In this document: positions 52,116 through 62,831 of the stretch, piece by piece | How the letters are laid out: every line of letters starts with the position of its first letter | How positions within the stretch are numbered: the stretch's first letter is position 1 | The notes under the pieces: generated by a model | What the model saw: only the letters and a program-made list of their open reading frames with translations | What the model was told of the DNA's origin: nothing | Database searches by the model: none | Position numbers and translations under genes: made by a program | Origin: Spirochaetia bacterium | Lineage (GTDB): Bacteria; Spirochaetota; Spirochaetia; CADAEX01 | Direction: 5' to 3' | Assembly (NCBI GenBank): GCA_963662795.1 | Contig: OY759746.1 | Coordinates: 3,776,001 to 3,840,000 of the forward strand | DNA: 64,000 nucleotides

Positions 52116-55025
52116 CTATGCACACTCATCAACAGTGACATGGATAACAGTATGCGACATGATATCAAAAATAGAGCCGGGATCTATATATTTTTCATCG
52201 GTAAGGCACTCGTACAAGGATCTTTCGGAATAACTGTTCTCGATAGATCTTCTTATTTCCTTTTTATAAATATTATCCAGAAAATCAATATCATCGACAT
52301 GCGTCGAAATAATGCTTCGTATCGAATCATCCTGAATTTTCTCTTCACATACATCCTTAATCACAAGTGCTTCATCATCAGATATTTTATATTTTTCACG
52401 GATACCATCAATAACTTCTTTAACTGTTACTTTTTGCGGCTTTCTGTTTCCTTCGCCTGAACAGCCATTTTTTTTCTTTTGTTTCCCTTCAAGTCTCTTC
52501 TCGCCAATATAAGAAACAGCAGCCTTGATTACATAAATTCCCTTCATTATTTTCTTCAGCTCAGATTCTGACCCCGCTTTCAGCATCTGTGGTACCATAA
52601 ACTCGGCAAAAATACCAAAAATCAAAAGATCTTTCTTAATCTCAAAAAAATTGCTCATAAAAATGCAGTCGGAACTGTATTTAGCCAAAATCCCGATATA
52701 TTCTTTTTGCCGCTCACTATCCTGTATTTTACTTTTGAAAAGTTTTCTTAGGTTATTTGCATGAGCCTGTAAGGCGGCATCTGAGCCAGCCTGGATTATT
52801 TCAACTGCTTTTTTTGCTGTAGCCAGGCTGTAAACATTCCAGGAAAGTATTTCATCATATAGCTTCTCAAGCTTTCTTAAATCCGGTTCAATGGGTTCAA
52901 AAGGCGTTCCTTCACGGTATTTTTTAAAAGCCTTGATTATCTCATCCGCATTATTTGTGAAATCCACAACTACAACCCGATCTTTATTCTCATGACAACG
53001 ATTTAAACGTGATACTGTCTGAACAGCATTCCGGCCGCCGACAGGTTTATCAAGAAACATTCCAGCCAAAAGCGGCTGGTCAAAACCTGTCTGGAATTTA
53101 TTGGCAACAATGAGAAGGCGATATTTATCTGTATCAAATAAATCTTCTATAAGCTCACCACTTCTCATTCCGTTTATTTGCTGTTCTGTAATTTCTTTCC
53201 CAGTCTCCGGATTTGTAAAATCTGAAAATGCATATAGGACATCATACTGATAACTATTCGAATCTGCTTTTCTTTTTTCCCTTAATTTTTCCCTGAAAAC
53301 CTTATAATACTCAAGACCTGCTATCCGCGAAGCTGTAACAATCATTGCCTTTGCCTTACCGCCTATCAGGTAAGAAATATTTTCTTCGAATATTCTCAAG
53401 ATAAGTTCTGCTTTGTACTGGATCAGTCCCTTATCCTGATAAGCTATGTTTTTCAGCATTTTACTGATAATTCCGGGAGGAAAGGTCTTGTCATCCTTGA
53501 AAGGAATAATCCGGCTCTCAAGATTATACAGCGTCTCATATGAAATAATGCTTGAAGCGACATCAATAATATAACCTTCCTGAATCGCTTCTGATTCTGA
53601 ATATACATCAAAGGGCGCTCCAAACAACTGGACTGTCGATTGACCTGGAGTTGCAGTAAACGCGACTGTCATTAAATTGGGAAATTCTGCTTTCTTGAGT
53701 TCTTCGTTTATTGCCTCTTCCTCATCAAATGCCTCCTCAACGACAACCGGATCATCTTTTTTGAATAAGTTGCGAATATTTGTGCCTGATTTGCCTTCCT
53801 GAGACCTGTGCGCCTCATCGATCAGTAAAGCAATGTTCAAGGATTTCAAATAAGGATCATTTTTCAGTTTATCAATAATCCAGTTTATTTTCTGTTGGGT
53901 TGTAACAATGATTTGTTCCCGGTTTTTAATGTATCTGGGTAAATCGTCTGCTTTTCTGGCAAATTTCATTTTGTAACTTAAATGCGTGAAATTACCCAGT
54001 TCATCACGGACATTTTTATCCAGTACTTTCCTGTCTGTAAGGATAAATACAATATCTATAATTTTTGTACTTGTTCCCGGAACATAAAGACTGTTCAATC
54101 TGTCTGCCAGCCAGGATATTGTCAGGGTTTTACCTGAACCTGCAGAATGATTTACTAAATATCTCTTGCCGCAATTCTTATTCTCGACAAAAAATCTGCT
54201 CAGGTCACCTGTTAAAGCTGTGACTACACGAGATTGATGATAGCGAGGGAAAATGGTAAAAGCCGTTTTTTCCTGAGTATCTTCAGATGCGGGAGTTTTA
54301 GGCACATATATTAAAAAAAAGCTAAGCATTTCCAGTATGGATTCCCTGCCCAGCACATAACGGTATAAATATTCCACAGGATACTCATTCGGGTTTTGCG
54401 GTTGATTGACAAGACCGGTATTATACCAGCGGAAATTTTCTTCACGGGATGGGTTTGTGGCAGCTTTTACTTCGCTGGTGTCGGAAGCAATATAGAGAAA
54501 TGGGAGCTGAAATATTTTATCTTCATGATTCCGGCCTGCAAACTGGGTAACCGCATCATGTACATTTTGATTTCGCTCATGTTTCAATTCAATAACTATT
54601 ATGGGTAACCCATTCAGGAAAAGAACAATATCAGGACGTTTTTCTTCACCTATTTCCATCTGTGGAATAAATGCAATTATATTATTTTCAGGATTTTCTG
54701 ATGATTCCTGCGATCTTGGTATGCGGTCAAACAGTTTAAAGTGAACTCCCCTGACAGTTATCCCGTTGCGAAAAATTATCCAGAGGGGTTTATGGTTTGT
54801 TTCATCTTTTATAGCCCTGATAATTTCATCGTCAGTATCGGTCCCGTAATTCTTTTCAAGCTCATAATATCTGTAAAGCTGTGTTTTTCTGAGATAAGAG
54901 ATCAGATCATTTTCGGCCAGATACCATTCTTTATCTGTCAAACTGGAATTTCCATACTTTTTATATCCATGAATACTGGATAATGCGTTCTCAAAGTGTT
55001 TTTGAAAATCCAGTTCTGTTCCCAT
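52116..55025 (-). CDS. hsdR: Type I restriction enzyme R subunit
   Basis: RPDIVLFLNGLPIIVIELK nuclease motif, HSAGSGKT, DEAH, FTATP, KFQTGFDQP, QTVSRLNR. Confidence 0.95.
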   Translation of the reverse strand: MGTELDFQKHFENALSSIHGYKKYGNSSLTDKEWYLAENDLISYLRKTQLYRYYELEKNYGTDTDDEIIRAIKDETNHKPLWIIFRNGITVRGVHFKLFDRIPRSQESSENPENNIIAFIPQMEIGEEKRPDIVLFLNGLPIIVIELKHERNQNVHDAVTQFAGRNHEDKIFQLPFLYIASDTSEVKAATNPSREENFRWYNTGLVNQPQNPNEYPVEYLYRYVLGRESILEMLSFFLIYVPKTPASEDTQEKTAFTIFPRYHQSRVVTALTGDLSRFFVENKNCGKRYLVNHSAGSGKTLTISWLADRLNSLYVPGTSTKIIDIVFILTDRKVLDKNVRDELGNFTHLSYKMKFARKADDLPRYIKNREQIIVTTQQKINWIIDKLKNDPYLKSLNIALLIDEAHRSQEGKSGTNIRNLFKKDDPVVVEEAFDEEEAINEELKKAEFPNLMTVAFTATPGQSTVQLFGAPFDVYSESEAIQEGYIIDVASSIISYETLYNLESRIIPFKDDKTFPPGIISKMLKNIAYQDKGLIQYKAELILRIFEENISYLIGGKAKAMIVTASRIAGLEYYKVFREKLREKRKADSNSYQYDVLYAFSDFTNPETGKEITEQQINGMRSGELIEDLFDTDKYRLLIVANKFQTGFDQPLLAGMFLDKPVGGRNAVQTVSRLNRCHENKDRVVVVDFTNNADEIIKAFKKYREGTPFEPIEPDLRKLEKLYDEILSWNVYSLATAKKAVEIIQAGSDAALQAHANNLRKLFKSKIQDSERQKEYIGILAKYSSDCIFMSNFFEIKKDLLIFGIFAEFMVPQMLKAGSESELKKIMKGIYVIKAAVSYIGEKRLEGKQKKKNGCSGEGNRKPQKVTVKEVIDGIREKYKISDDEALVIKDVCEEKIQDDSIRSIISTHVDDIDFLDNIYKKEIRRSIENSYSERSLYECLTDEKYIDPGSIFDIMSHTVIHVTVDECA

Positions 55026-55468
55026 TATACTTCCCTGCTGATTGCTTCAAATATTTTCAGCTTTAATTCTTCATCATCCATATTATCGTCTATTACGGCC
55101 TGAATAATATCACGCAGCAGTTGCTTTTCAATTTTACCTGCTGCCAGATGATAACTGATATTCTCCATTTCCCGGATAAAACGGGAAACAACAAAAATAT
55201 ACCCGTTTAGAAGTAAAAACTGTGCACCTAACGATATTGCTATCCGTTTATTGCCGTCTTCAAAACAATGAAACTTGTTTGCACAGAAAAAAAGATGGGT
55301 TAATTTGTCTGTGAAATCAGGATAATAAAGATCATTCTGAATATGAGTCAAGACACTTTCGAGCCGGCCCATATCCAGAACTCCATCAGAACCGCCGCCG
55401 CTGACCTCAATTGTCCTGTGATATACTTCGAGAGCATTTTCGATGGTGATATAAACAGTCCGGCTCAA
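55025..55468 (-). CDS. Doc/Fic family protein
   Basis: GVLDMGRLESVL and HCFEDGNKR (Doc-type Fic motif); 147 aa. Confidence 0.88.
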   Translation of the reverse strand: MSRTVYITIENALEVYHRTIEVSGGGSDGVLDMGRLESVLTHIQNDLYYPDFTDKLTHLFFCANKFHCFEDGNKRIAISLGAQFLLLNGYIFVVSRFIREMENISYHLAAGKIEKQLLRDIIQAVIDDNMDDEELKLKIFEAISREV

Positions 55469-56490
55469 TCTCGCTCCTTCAGACGTTTAAACACATCCTT
55501 GGCTTCTTCCAGACGCTCAGCCAGTTCCCTGCTTTTCTGCCCGATGAAGCGTTCGAATTCATCAGCCTGCACCGGTGAAATATAATCTTTAAGCTGCAAA
55601 TGCAAAGCATCCCGGAAAGCCAAATCACGGCTTGCCATTTTGGTGCGGGCACGTTCCACAAGGGGTTTCCAATGAGGCTGTTTTTCAAATTCGGAGAATA
55701 AGGCATCAACTTCAAAGCCTGTAAGCATGGAACCTTTCTTCCTATATGCTTCTTCCAGGGTTTTGGCAAAACCGTATTCATAGGAGGCTACCAGATCCAG
55801 TATTTCCGAATAAAACGTATCCCGAACCTTATCTTTCTCATGCAGCTTTAATATCTTTCGGTATTCCCGGGAATTCTCCCTGAAAATGCTTACATATATC
55901 TTATCTGTATAAAGCGGATATTTGAATTTTCCCATATCGAGACAGTTTTGCAGGGCATCGGTAAATTCTTTTCTATAGTTCTCTTCCTGAAAATAGGAGA
56001 TGATGAAGTCTTCGTCGCGCTGGTTTATATATTTGGTTGAGCCGCCGGTTTTCCTGTTTATGGTGTCAATTACAATATCCAGAATCATCTGTCGGAGGAT
56101 TTTAGCTTTCCCGCTTTCTGTAATGAGCATTCCCAGGTTTAAAAAGGAGCGGAAGTCAAAAACAGCAAGGCTGGGAGCCTTCTTGATGTCCCCGAAATAC
56201 ATTTCGGGGACATCTGCCTCCGATATGGCTAATTTCAGTTCCTGCAAGGCTTTACCCCGCAGTACCTCGTAACCGTTTTGCTTTAGTTCCTTTTCATTTT
56301 TTGATAGATAAAGCTCAATAGTACGAAGACTTACCTCAAAGAAATCAGCAGCCTGTTCTTTTGTCAGAACAGCTTTCCCTTTATAGCTTATGGTATGGAT
56401 CCCGACATTTTTCTGAATTTCTTCCAGAGCATAGGGATTGTTGAGGATATTCTGCCGTTCTACTCCTGATACAGTGAGGTCTTTTGCCAT
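55465..56490 (-). CDS. Putative DNA-binding protein (N-terminal RhuM-like HTH)
   Basis: LTKEQAADFFEVSLRTIELYL HTH-like segment; coupled to both neighbours. Confidence 0.7.
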   Translation of the reverse strand: MAKDLTVSGVERQNILNNPYALEEIQKNVGIHTISYKGKAVLTKEQAADFFEVSLRTIELYLSKNEKELKQNGYEVLRGKALQELKLAISEADVPEMYFGDIKKAPSLAVFDFRSFLNLGMLITESGKAKILRQMILDIVIDTINRKTGGSTKYINQRDEDFIISYFQEENYRKEFTDALQNCLDMGKFKYPLYTDKIYVSIFRENSREYRKILKLHEKDKVRDTFYSEILDLVASYEYGFAKTLEEAYRKKGSMLTGFEVDALFSEFEKQPHWKPLVERARTKMASRDLAFRDALHLQLKDYISPVQADEFERFIGQKSRELAERLEEAKDVFKRLKERD

Positions 56491-57836
56491 TATACAGCCT
56501 CCGGTATATCAGTTTCGGTTATCCGCCTTTTTCCGGTAACGCATTCATGGATCAGGGATTTTTTGTAACCTTCCAGTTTTTCTATCTGGAGGGTGATTTT
56601 TTCTTCACTACTAAATATTGTTTTTATTTTCAAACTTAGAAATGAGGAAATCTCTTTTTGAATTTTTAGTGGAGGGAGCGCAATATGTAGATAACCAAAT
56701 TTTTCTTGATCCATAATTGGTAATGTTGTATATTGAGCAATTCTTGGTATTTCCTCTTTCATGTGCAATAAAAAATAATAAATATATTCAGTGCAAACAG
56801 AATTCATTAGTTCCAATCCTATAATTTGTTGATTACATGAACTGTCTACATCAATAATACCCACTTTCCCTATTGTTGCACCTATTCCAACCCAGAATAT
56901 GGACTCCTTTTTGAAGATTCTTAATTTGTTTTCATAATAAGCAGATTCGTTTATTAATTTTTGGGGGATTTCTAAAATCATATTTTTATCATAACATGCG
57001 GGTGCATACCATGGGATTGTGCCATCAATATAAAAATCCGTTCGTTCCGTTGGTGGGGTTGTCCCAGTCTGGACTCTATAAGCTGTTCGCTTTAATCGTT
57101 TAACTTCCCATGTATTAGGAAATTCTCCTATCCACCCAATTCCAGAATCTTTCATCTCTACCGAATCATCCAGCCCTTTTGTCACAGCTTTGTAGATGAT
57201 GGATTTCTTAAGCTCTTCCAGTTTTTTCAGCTGTTCCTTTTTTACAGAAATCGCTTTGTTAATTATAGCGGTGGTTTTATCCAAGTAAGCGGAAATCATT
57301 TTTTGTTCAGGGAGGGGAGGTAGAAATATTTTTGTATGCTTGATAAATCTGGATGAAATCCTTTTTTGACCAGCTGCACCAGTCATGTTGACTTCTGCAT
57401 ATTTTCTAAAAATCGGATTCCAGGTATAATAATAAAGAAAAGTAGCTATTATTTTACTTGTCGGTCTATATACGTGAAACTCTGTACTGCCAAAAGCGTA
57501 TTTTGTTGGCAAAGATTCTATAAATGCGCCTTTCCCATTTTCCATACACGGTGTAATTTTAGCTATTATGACATCCCCGTTTTCAATCAGATTAAGACCG
57601 GAAGAAATGTCTATAAATGGTTGTAATAGTTCCGTATCGTATGTTCCATCATCATTTACTTTTTCCATAGGCAATAGGGTGCATTCATCAAAATCTGAGG
57701 GCTTATTAGAGCTAAATGAAGGACCTAAGTACGCGACATCTTTTAGTCGCCAATATTTCCAGTTACCTGGAGTATCACCAATCCAGATCAGTGAATCTTT
57801 TCTAAGTAATTCTGGTACATTTACTGTCTGCATCAC
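56490..57836 (-). CDS. hsdS: Type I restriction enzyme S subunit
   Basis: Two TRDs with conserved repeats (PPLPEQ, MKDSGIGWIGEFPNTWEV, KKSLIHECVTGK). Confidence 0.95.
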   Translation of the reverse strand: MMQTVNVPELLRKDSLIWIGDTPGNWKYWRLKDVAYLGPSFSSNKPSDFDECTLLPMEKVNDDGTYDTELLQPFIDISSGLNLIENGDVIIAKITPCMENGKGAFIESLPTKYAFGSTEFHVYRPTSKIIATFLYYYTWNPIFRKYAEVNMTGAAGQKRISSRFIKHTKIFLPPLPEQKMISAYLDKTTAIINKAISVKKEQLKKLEELKKSIIYKAVTKGLDDSVEMKDSGIGWIGEFPNTWEVKRLKRTAYRVQTGTTPPTERTDFYIDGTIPWYAPACYDKNMILEIPQKLINESAYYENKLRIFKKESIFWVGIGATIGKVGIIDVDSSCNQQIIGLELMNSVCTEYIYYFLLHMKEEIPRIAQYTTLPIMDQEKFGYLHIALPPLKIQKEISSFLSLKIKTIFSSEEKITLQIEKLEGYKKSLIHECVTGKRRITETDIPEAV

Positions 57837-59854
57837 TTCAGTCCCTTCAGAATCTCTTCTGCTTCTTTTTCCAGTCTCCAGAATTCGTTAAGTATTTCAT
57901 CCGCCGGTTTGGGCGGCTTGTATTTATAGAAATACTTGTTGGGCAGTATTTCATACCCCACCTGCGGGCGGTCTTCCCATTTTATAATGGGTTTGGCAAT
58001 CTCCCTTTCCAGAAAAGCTTCTATGTCTTCGCCATAGGGGATGTACTCATCATCCTGAATATAATGCCTGTGAGTGTATTTTGCCGAAAGATCCCAGTTT
58101 TTTATCACTGTCATGATTTTTGCCGCTGTTTTTTGCTCTTCCAGTACCGGAAAATCAACCTTTGCCAAATCTGATAACTGGGCTTCAAATGATTTTGAAT
58201 CAGCATTAATTTGTAAAGGATATTCCTTCTTTTCTCCTTCGGGAGAAATAAGATTAACCACAAAATCCAGATCTCCGTAGAGTTCAAATTTCTTTTTTAC
58301 ATTAGAGTTGGATAGCTGAACGTCAAAATCTTCTGTTATCATCATGGGCCGGTCATTTTCATCGGTCTGCCAGAATGTTACGGCAACCTTATGATAGGCA
58401 AAATCAGTGGTTTTGAATATTTTGACATTTTCATTATCATATCCGTCATCCCATCCATGATTGTACTGTTTTTCAATCCATGCCCTGTGATCATCTGTAA
58501 TACGGTTCCGCTTATATCCAAAAGATTTCGGTTCTTTCTCGAATTGATTTCGCGCGTCAATAATCATGACTTTTTCTTTATGCTCTTTGGGCTTATTGTT
58601 GGAAAGCAGCCAGATATAAGTAAATATTCCTGTATTGTAAAACATCTGATCAGGAAGCATAACGATGGCGTCCAGCCAGTCATTTTCCAGAATCCAGCGT
58701 CGTATTTCGCTTTCTCCGGATCCGCAATCCCCATTGCTTAAGGGGGAACCGTTAAAAATGATAGCTACTTTACTCCCGCCCCCGGTTGCCGGTTTCATTT
58801 TGGAAATAATAGTCTGTAAGAATAACAGGGCTCCGTCATTTGTCCGTGGCATTCCGGCTTTATATCGAGTCTTTTCCAGTTTCTTCGCTTCTTTCTCATA
58901 GCCGTCTTCTCCTCCCCAGGTTACGCCGAAAGGGGGATTTGACAGCATATAGTCAAACCTGTCAGAAACACCTGCAAGCTGATCTCCGGGGTCATCACTT
59001 TCAGGATCATGAGGAATCAGCGAGTTTCCGTAATAGATATAGGCGTTGGTATCATTTTTTATAAGCATATCTGCTTTGCAGATCGCATAATTCTGAGGCT
59101 GAATTTCATGCCCGTGAAGGGTGATCAAAGTTTCTGTTCTTGATTTAAGGTTTTCATCCTTAATCCTTTCCAGAACATGAGCCTTGGCAACGGAAAGCAT
59201 CCCGCCTGTTCCGCAGGCTGGATCATAAATGGAAACATGTTTATCTTTTACAGTAATATCAAGGAGTTCAACCATTAACCGTATAACTTCCCTGGGAGTA
59301 AAATGTTCTCCTGCTTCTTCGCCGCTTTGTTCAGAAAAACGACGGAGCAATTCTTCGTAGATATATCCCATTTCAATATTACTGATTCTGTCAGGGCTTA
59401 AATCCTCATTTCTGTATTGATTAATGAGAGGGGCAAGCCGCCCATTCTTTTTCATTTGCCCGATAACGGCCCGATAGTTAAAATGATCGATGATCTCCTG
59501 AATGTTTTCCGAGAATCCATTAATGTAATCCCGGAAGTTTTTCTCCATGATTGTGTGGTCTTCCTGGTATATTGAATCGAGAGTCCAGTTTGTTGAATTG
59601 GAAAAATGATATGTGGACAATTCCATTTTTTTGACCATTTCTTCCAGATTATTAGCTGCAATATCCGGCCTCTTGGACTGTATTTCATTTTTCGTCGCTT
59701 CACGCATTTCAATAAGGACACATTCAATACGCCTTATAACAATTATAGGAAGAATAACACTTTGGTATTCATAGGCTTTAAATTTCCCCCGGAGTCGTTC
59801 TGCTGATTTCCAGATTTCATTTGCAAAATTGTTCAGTGTTTCTTTTGTTGCCAT
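57833..59854 (-). CDS. hsdM: Type I restriction-modification m6A methyltransferase
   Basis: GEHFTPREV, YDPACGTGG, NPPF, FYNTGI. Confidence 0.96.
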   Translation of the reverse strand: MATKETLNNFANEIWKSAERLRGKFKAYEYQSVILPIIVIRRIECVLIEMREATKNEIQSKRPDIAANNLEEMVKKMELSTYHFSNSTNWTLDSIYQEDHTIMEKNFRDYINGFSENIQEIIDHFNYRAVIGQMKKNGRLAPLINQYRNEDLSPDRISNIEMGYIYEELLRRFSEQSGEEAGEHFTPREVIRLMVELLDITVKDKHVSIYDPACGTGGMLSVAKAHVLERIKDENLKSRTETLITLHGHEIQPQNYAICKADMLIKNDTNAYIYYGNSLIPHDPESDDPGDQLAGVSDRFDYMLSNPPFGVTWGGEDGYEKEAKKLEKTRYKAGMPRTNDGALLFLQTIISKMKPATGGGSKVAIIFNGSPLSNGDCGSGESEIRRWILENDWLDAIVMLPDQMFYNTGIFTYIWLLSNNKPKEHKEKVMIIDARNQFEKEPKSFGYKRNRITDDHRAWIEKQYNHGWDDGYDNENVKIFKTTDFAYHKVAVTFWQTDENDRPMMITEDFDVQLSNSNVKKKFELYGDLDFVVNLISPEGEKKEYPLQINADSKSFEAQLSDLAKVDFPVLEEQKTAAKIMTVIKNWDLSAKYTHRHYIQDDEYIPYGEDIEAFLEREIAKPIIKWEDRPQVGYEILPNKYFYKYKPPKPADEILNEFWRLEKEAEEILKGLK

Positions 59855-59960
59855 TTATTCCTCTTTCTTATTAGCCCTCCATGGATGGCGGGCTTCCTGG
59901 GGCGGGATAATTATATCATATTAATTTTTAATTTTAAAAACTTATTTCTACGTGTCTTAC

Positions 59961-60042
59961 ACATAACGTCCTGTGAATATGGGAAGCCGGCCGCAGGCCA
60001 ATTTAGGTGTAACTAAATGGAACCGCATATTCGCTGTTACAG
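59961..60042 (-). repeat. attC-like integron cassette recombination site
   Basis: Minus strand CTGTAAC-AGC-GAATATG...ATTTAG/CTAAAT hairpin...CATATTC-ACAGGAC-GTTATGT shows R''/L''/L'/R' symmetry downstream of the GFA gene. Confidence 0.65.
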
Positions 60043-60129
60043 GAAGTAAGCGCTAAGGAGTACAAAGTAGTGAGCCGTGACGGCTGAAGGTGATCGATTT
60101 TGCAAAAGATCGAGTTTTCTCGGCAAATT

Positions 60130-60534
60130 TTATTCAGCCGGCAGATTCTCATAATGGGGTACTTCTTCAAGATTATTATCCCAATTTGCTTTTTCGTTTA
60201 AATAAATATGGCCAGTTGGAATAGTCTCTATGTCAGTATCCAGACTTCCAGCAGGAACTACCAGTAGTTTTCCATTCATTTGAATATTTGGCAATGCAGA
60301 ACTGCAGTTAGGACAAAAACTTTTTATATGACCCGAATTATTATAGTTATAGGTTTTTACTTCCTTTTCTCCTTTTAGCCATTTTAATTTTGCAGTTGAT
60401 GAAAAAAGATTTGAAGCATGAGCAGAACCAGTATCTTTACGACAGGATTTGCAATGACAGAAAAAGAAGTTTTCAAAATTTCCAGTAATTTCATATTTAA
60501 TATTTCCGCAAAGACAAGAACCCAAATGTTTCAT
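60130..60534 (-). CDS. GFA/CENP-V family protein
   Basis: GSCLCG, CHCKSCRK, FCPNCSS; GGAGG RBS before the ATG 60534. Confidence 0.9.
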   Translation of the reverse strand: MKHLGSCLCGNIKYEITGNFENFFFCHCKSCRKDTGSAHASNLFSSTAKLKWLKGEKEVKTYNYNNSGHIKSFCPNCSSALPNIQMNGKLLVVPAGSLDTDIETIPTGHIYLNEKANWDNNLEEVPHYENLPAE

Positions 60535-60622
60535 TTTCCCTCCAATTTTTTTACTTTGCTGGCAATTACTATAGCGCTTATTGCCTTTAACTATTGTTAC
60601 GGGTAATAACAAAAGCAGGGGC

Positions 60623-61903
60623 TTAACGATTATTGACAATCCCTTCCGCGGCACGGATACCGCTTGCCCATGCGCCTGTTATACCGCGGCTTGTACCGGC
60701 ACCGTCGCCTATCAGGTAAATATTCTTTTTAGCCTGAAAATGGTTATCAAGGAATTCAGGTTTGTTGGCGTACATTTTTATTTCAGGATAATACATGATC
60801 GTGCTCGGATGGAGTATTCCAGGTGTTATCGTATCCAGGAGTTTCATGGAGGTCCAGATTGACTTCATGATTTTATACGGCATGATTAGTGAAATGTCCC
60901 CCGGCGTGCAGCCGCTTAATGTAGGGGCAAAATTGTATAAATCGCTGTTAAATGTATCCTTAACCGACCTTTTTCCCATACGGAAATCCCCTACCCGCTG
61001 CATGATGGGTTTACCTCCTCCGCAGAGGTTTGCCTGAAGCCCGAGGATTTCAGCGAATTTCTGTCCGCTCGCGACAGGTTTGGTAAGCTTAATTGTTTTA
61101 AGCAGGGCGAAATTGACAAGGTTATTTATTTTTTCAGGATTTGACCAGGCATGACCGTTTACAGAAAAGTATTCTACTCCGTCCTGTGAAGAATATTTCT
61201 CCTGCACAACATAAGCGGCGTTGCTGTTGGTGCAGAAAGTCCTTACCTTCTCCGGAAACATGAATTTGGGGTCATAATAGTCTTTTACTATCGGATACAG
61301 TTCCTCCCTGGTTTCAACCCTTATCCCTATATCCACAATATTATCATTATATAAAATTCCAAGCCGGTTCATTATATCCTGAAGGAATTTAAATCCTTTT
61401 CTGCCGGGAGCAACTATAAGGTCGCCGTACTCCATTTCCCGTTTTTTTGATACAAGAACTTTCCTGTCATAATCAATATCTGTCACTTCCTCGCCGAGAG
61501 AAAACTCAACTCCCCTCTTTTCAAGTTCCGCGATGAGCTGTTTTATCAGTATCAGTCCGCCGTCAGTACCAAGATGGGCCTGGCTTACCGTAAGAAGCCT
61601 TGCATGGAGCTTTAGAGCCCTTTTCTCGTATATGTCAAGGTTGTATTTATCCATGACAGGGGGCTTTAAAATTTTCATAACTTTTTGAAGATAGTATTCC
61701 GCGTTTTCCTGTTCCCAGTATTCAAGAGGGAAGCCGATTGGAAAAGTAAAATTCATCTTACAGTCGTTACGCAGCCCGCCTGTAGAAAAATTTTCCCTGT
61801 CTATTATGAGTATTTTACTGTCCGGTTTTAAATCTGTAAGAGTAAACGCTGCGCCAAGGCCGGCCGGCCCGCTGCCCACAATAATACAATCCCATCTGCC
61901 CAT
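60623..61903 (-). CDS. FAD-dependent oxidoreductase
   Basis: IVGSGPAG, HLGTD, VDIGIRVE, RTFC, VNGH, GDGAGTSRG. Confidence 0.88.
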   Translation of the reverse strand: MGRWDCIIVGSGPAGLGAAFTLTDLKPDSKILIIDRENFSTGGLRNDCKMNFTFPIGFPLEYWEQENAEYYLQKVMKILKPPVMDKYNLDIYEKRALKLHARLLTVSQAHLGTDGGLILIKQLIAELEKRGVEFSLGEEVTDIDYDRKVLVSKKREMEYGDLIVAPGRKGFKFLQDIMNRLGILYNDNIVDIGIRVETREELYPIVKDYYDPKFMFPEKVRTFCTNSNAAYVVQEKYSSQDGVEYFSVNGHAWSNPEKINNLVNFALLKTIKLTKPVASGQKFAEILGLQANLCGGGKPIMQRVGDFRMGKRSVKDTFNSDLYNFAPTLSGCTPGDISLIMPYKIMKSIWTSMKLLDTITPGILHPSTIMYYPEIKMYANKPEFLDNHFQAKKNIYLIGDGAGTSRGITGAWASGIRAAEGIVNNR

Positions 61904-61948
61904 AACATCTCCTGAAATCAAGCTGGTATCAAGACTACAATGTTATAA

Positions 61949-62797
61949 CTAATTCCGGAGAGAGTAAAGAAGCCTTATTTCCTCTTCCCATAGATCAGGA
62001 TCCGGTGTTTCAAGTATCAGAGGGATATTGTCGAACATACTCTGGTTCATAATATATCTGAAAGGTTCAATTCCGAGTGTCCCCTGTCCAAGCGGCGCGT
62101 GCCTGTCAACGTTTGACCCGAAATCCTTCTTTGAATCATTCAGGTGAAAAGCGCTTAAGAATTTAAGCCCAATTATCCGGTCAAACTCATTCATAACCTC
62201 GTCAAATTTATCCGGTGTCGAGAGATCATATCCTGCACTGTAGGCATGACATGTGTCGATGCAGACGCCTACCCGGTCTTTATTACTGAAGTTATCTATC
62301 AGTCTTTTAATGTGCTCAAATTTGTAGCCGACATTGGTTCCCTGGCCCGCTGTTATTTCTATTACCTGAGTTACACCGTAATCAGCTGTTTTGGAATATG
62401 CCGTGTTCATTGAATCCGATATCAGGTCAAGACATTCCTCTTCTGATATTTCCTTAAGATGGCTGCCTGGATGGAAGTTTACATATTTAAGACCAAGCTG
62501 TCCTGCACGTGTAATTTCGTCTGTAAATGCGGCTGCCGATTTTGCCCTTTTTTCAGGATCAGCATTTCCGAGATTAATAAGATAGCTGTCATGGGGAAGG
62601 ACATAAGCTGGGTCGATACCCGAATCTTTGAGATTTGTTTTAAAGAGTTCTATATCCTCATCTGTAAGCGGTTTTGCGTTCCACTGTTTCTGATTTTTGG
62701 TAAAAAGGGCAAAAGCCTTTGCCTTTATCTTCTGAGCTGACAAAGGGGCGTTATAAACGCCCCCTGCTGCGCTTACATGCGCGCCTACAAATTTCAT
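61949..62797 (-). CDS. nfo: Endonuclease IV
   Basis: [43 protein letters not shown]. Confidence 0.96.
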   Translation of the reverse strand: MKFVGAHVSAAGGVYNAPLSAQKIKAKAFALFTKNQKQWNAKPLTDEDIELFKTNLKDSGIDPAYVLPHDSYLINLGNADPEKRAKSAAAFTDEITRAGQLGLKYVNFHPGSHLKEISEEECLDLISDSMNTAYSKTADYGVTQVIEITAGQGTNVGYKFEHIKRLIDNFSNKDRVGVCIDTCHAYSAGYDLSTPDKFDEVMNEFDRIIGLKFLSAFHLNDSKKDFGSNVDRHAPLGQGTLGIEPFRYIMNQSMFDNIPLILETPDPDLWEEEIRLLYSLRN

Positions 62798-62831
62798 TCT
62801 TCCCCCGTTTGCACTTTAAAAAACCTATTGG

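Noticed and set aside
51872-59879. TTAGCCCTC direct repeat flanking the hsd operon as a target-site duplication
   Set aside because: It is only 9 bp, one copy lies in the hsdM 5' UTR, and there is no linked recombinase; chance is plausible.
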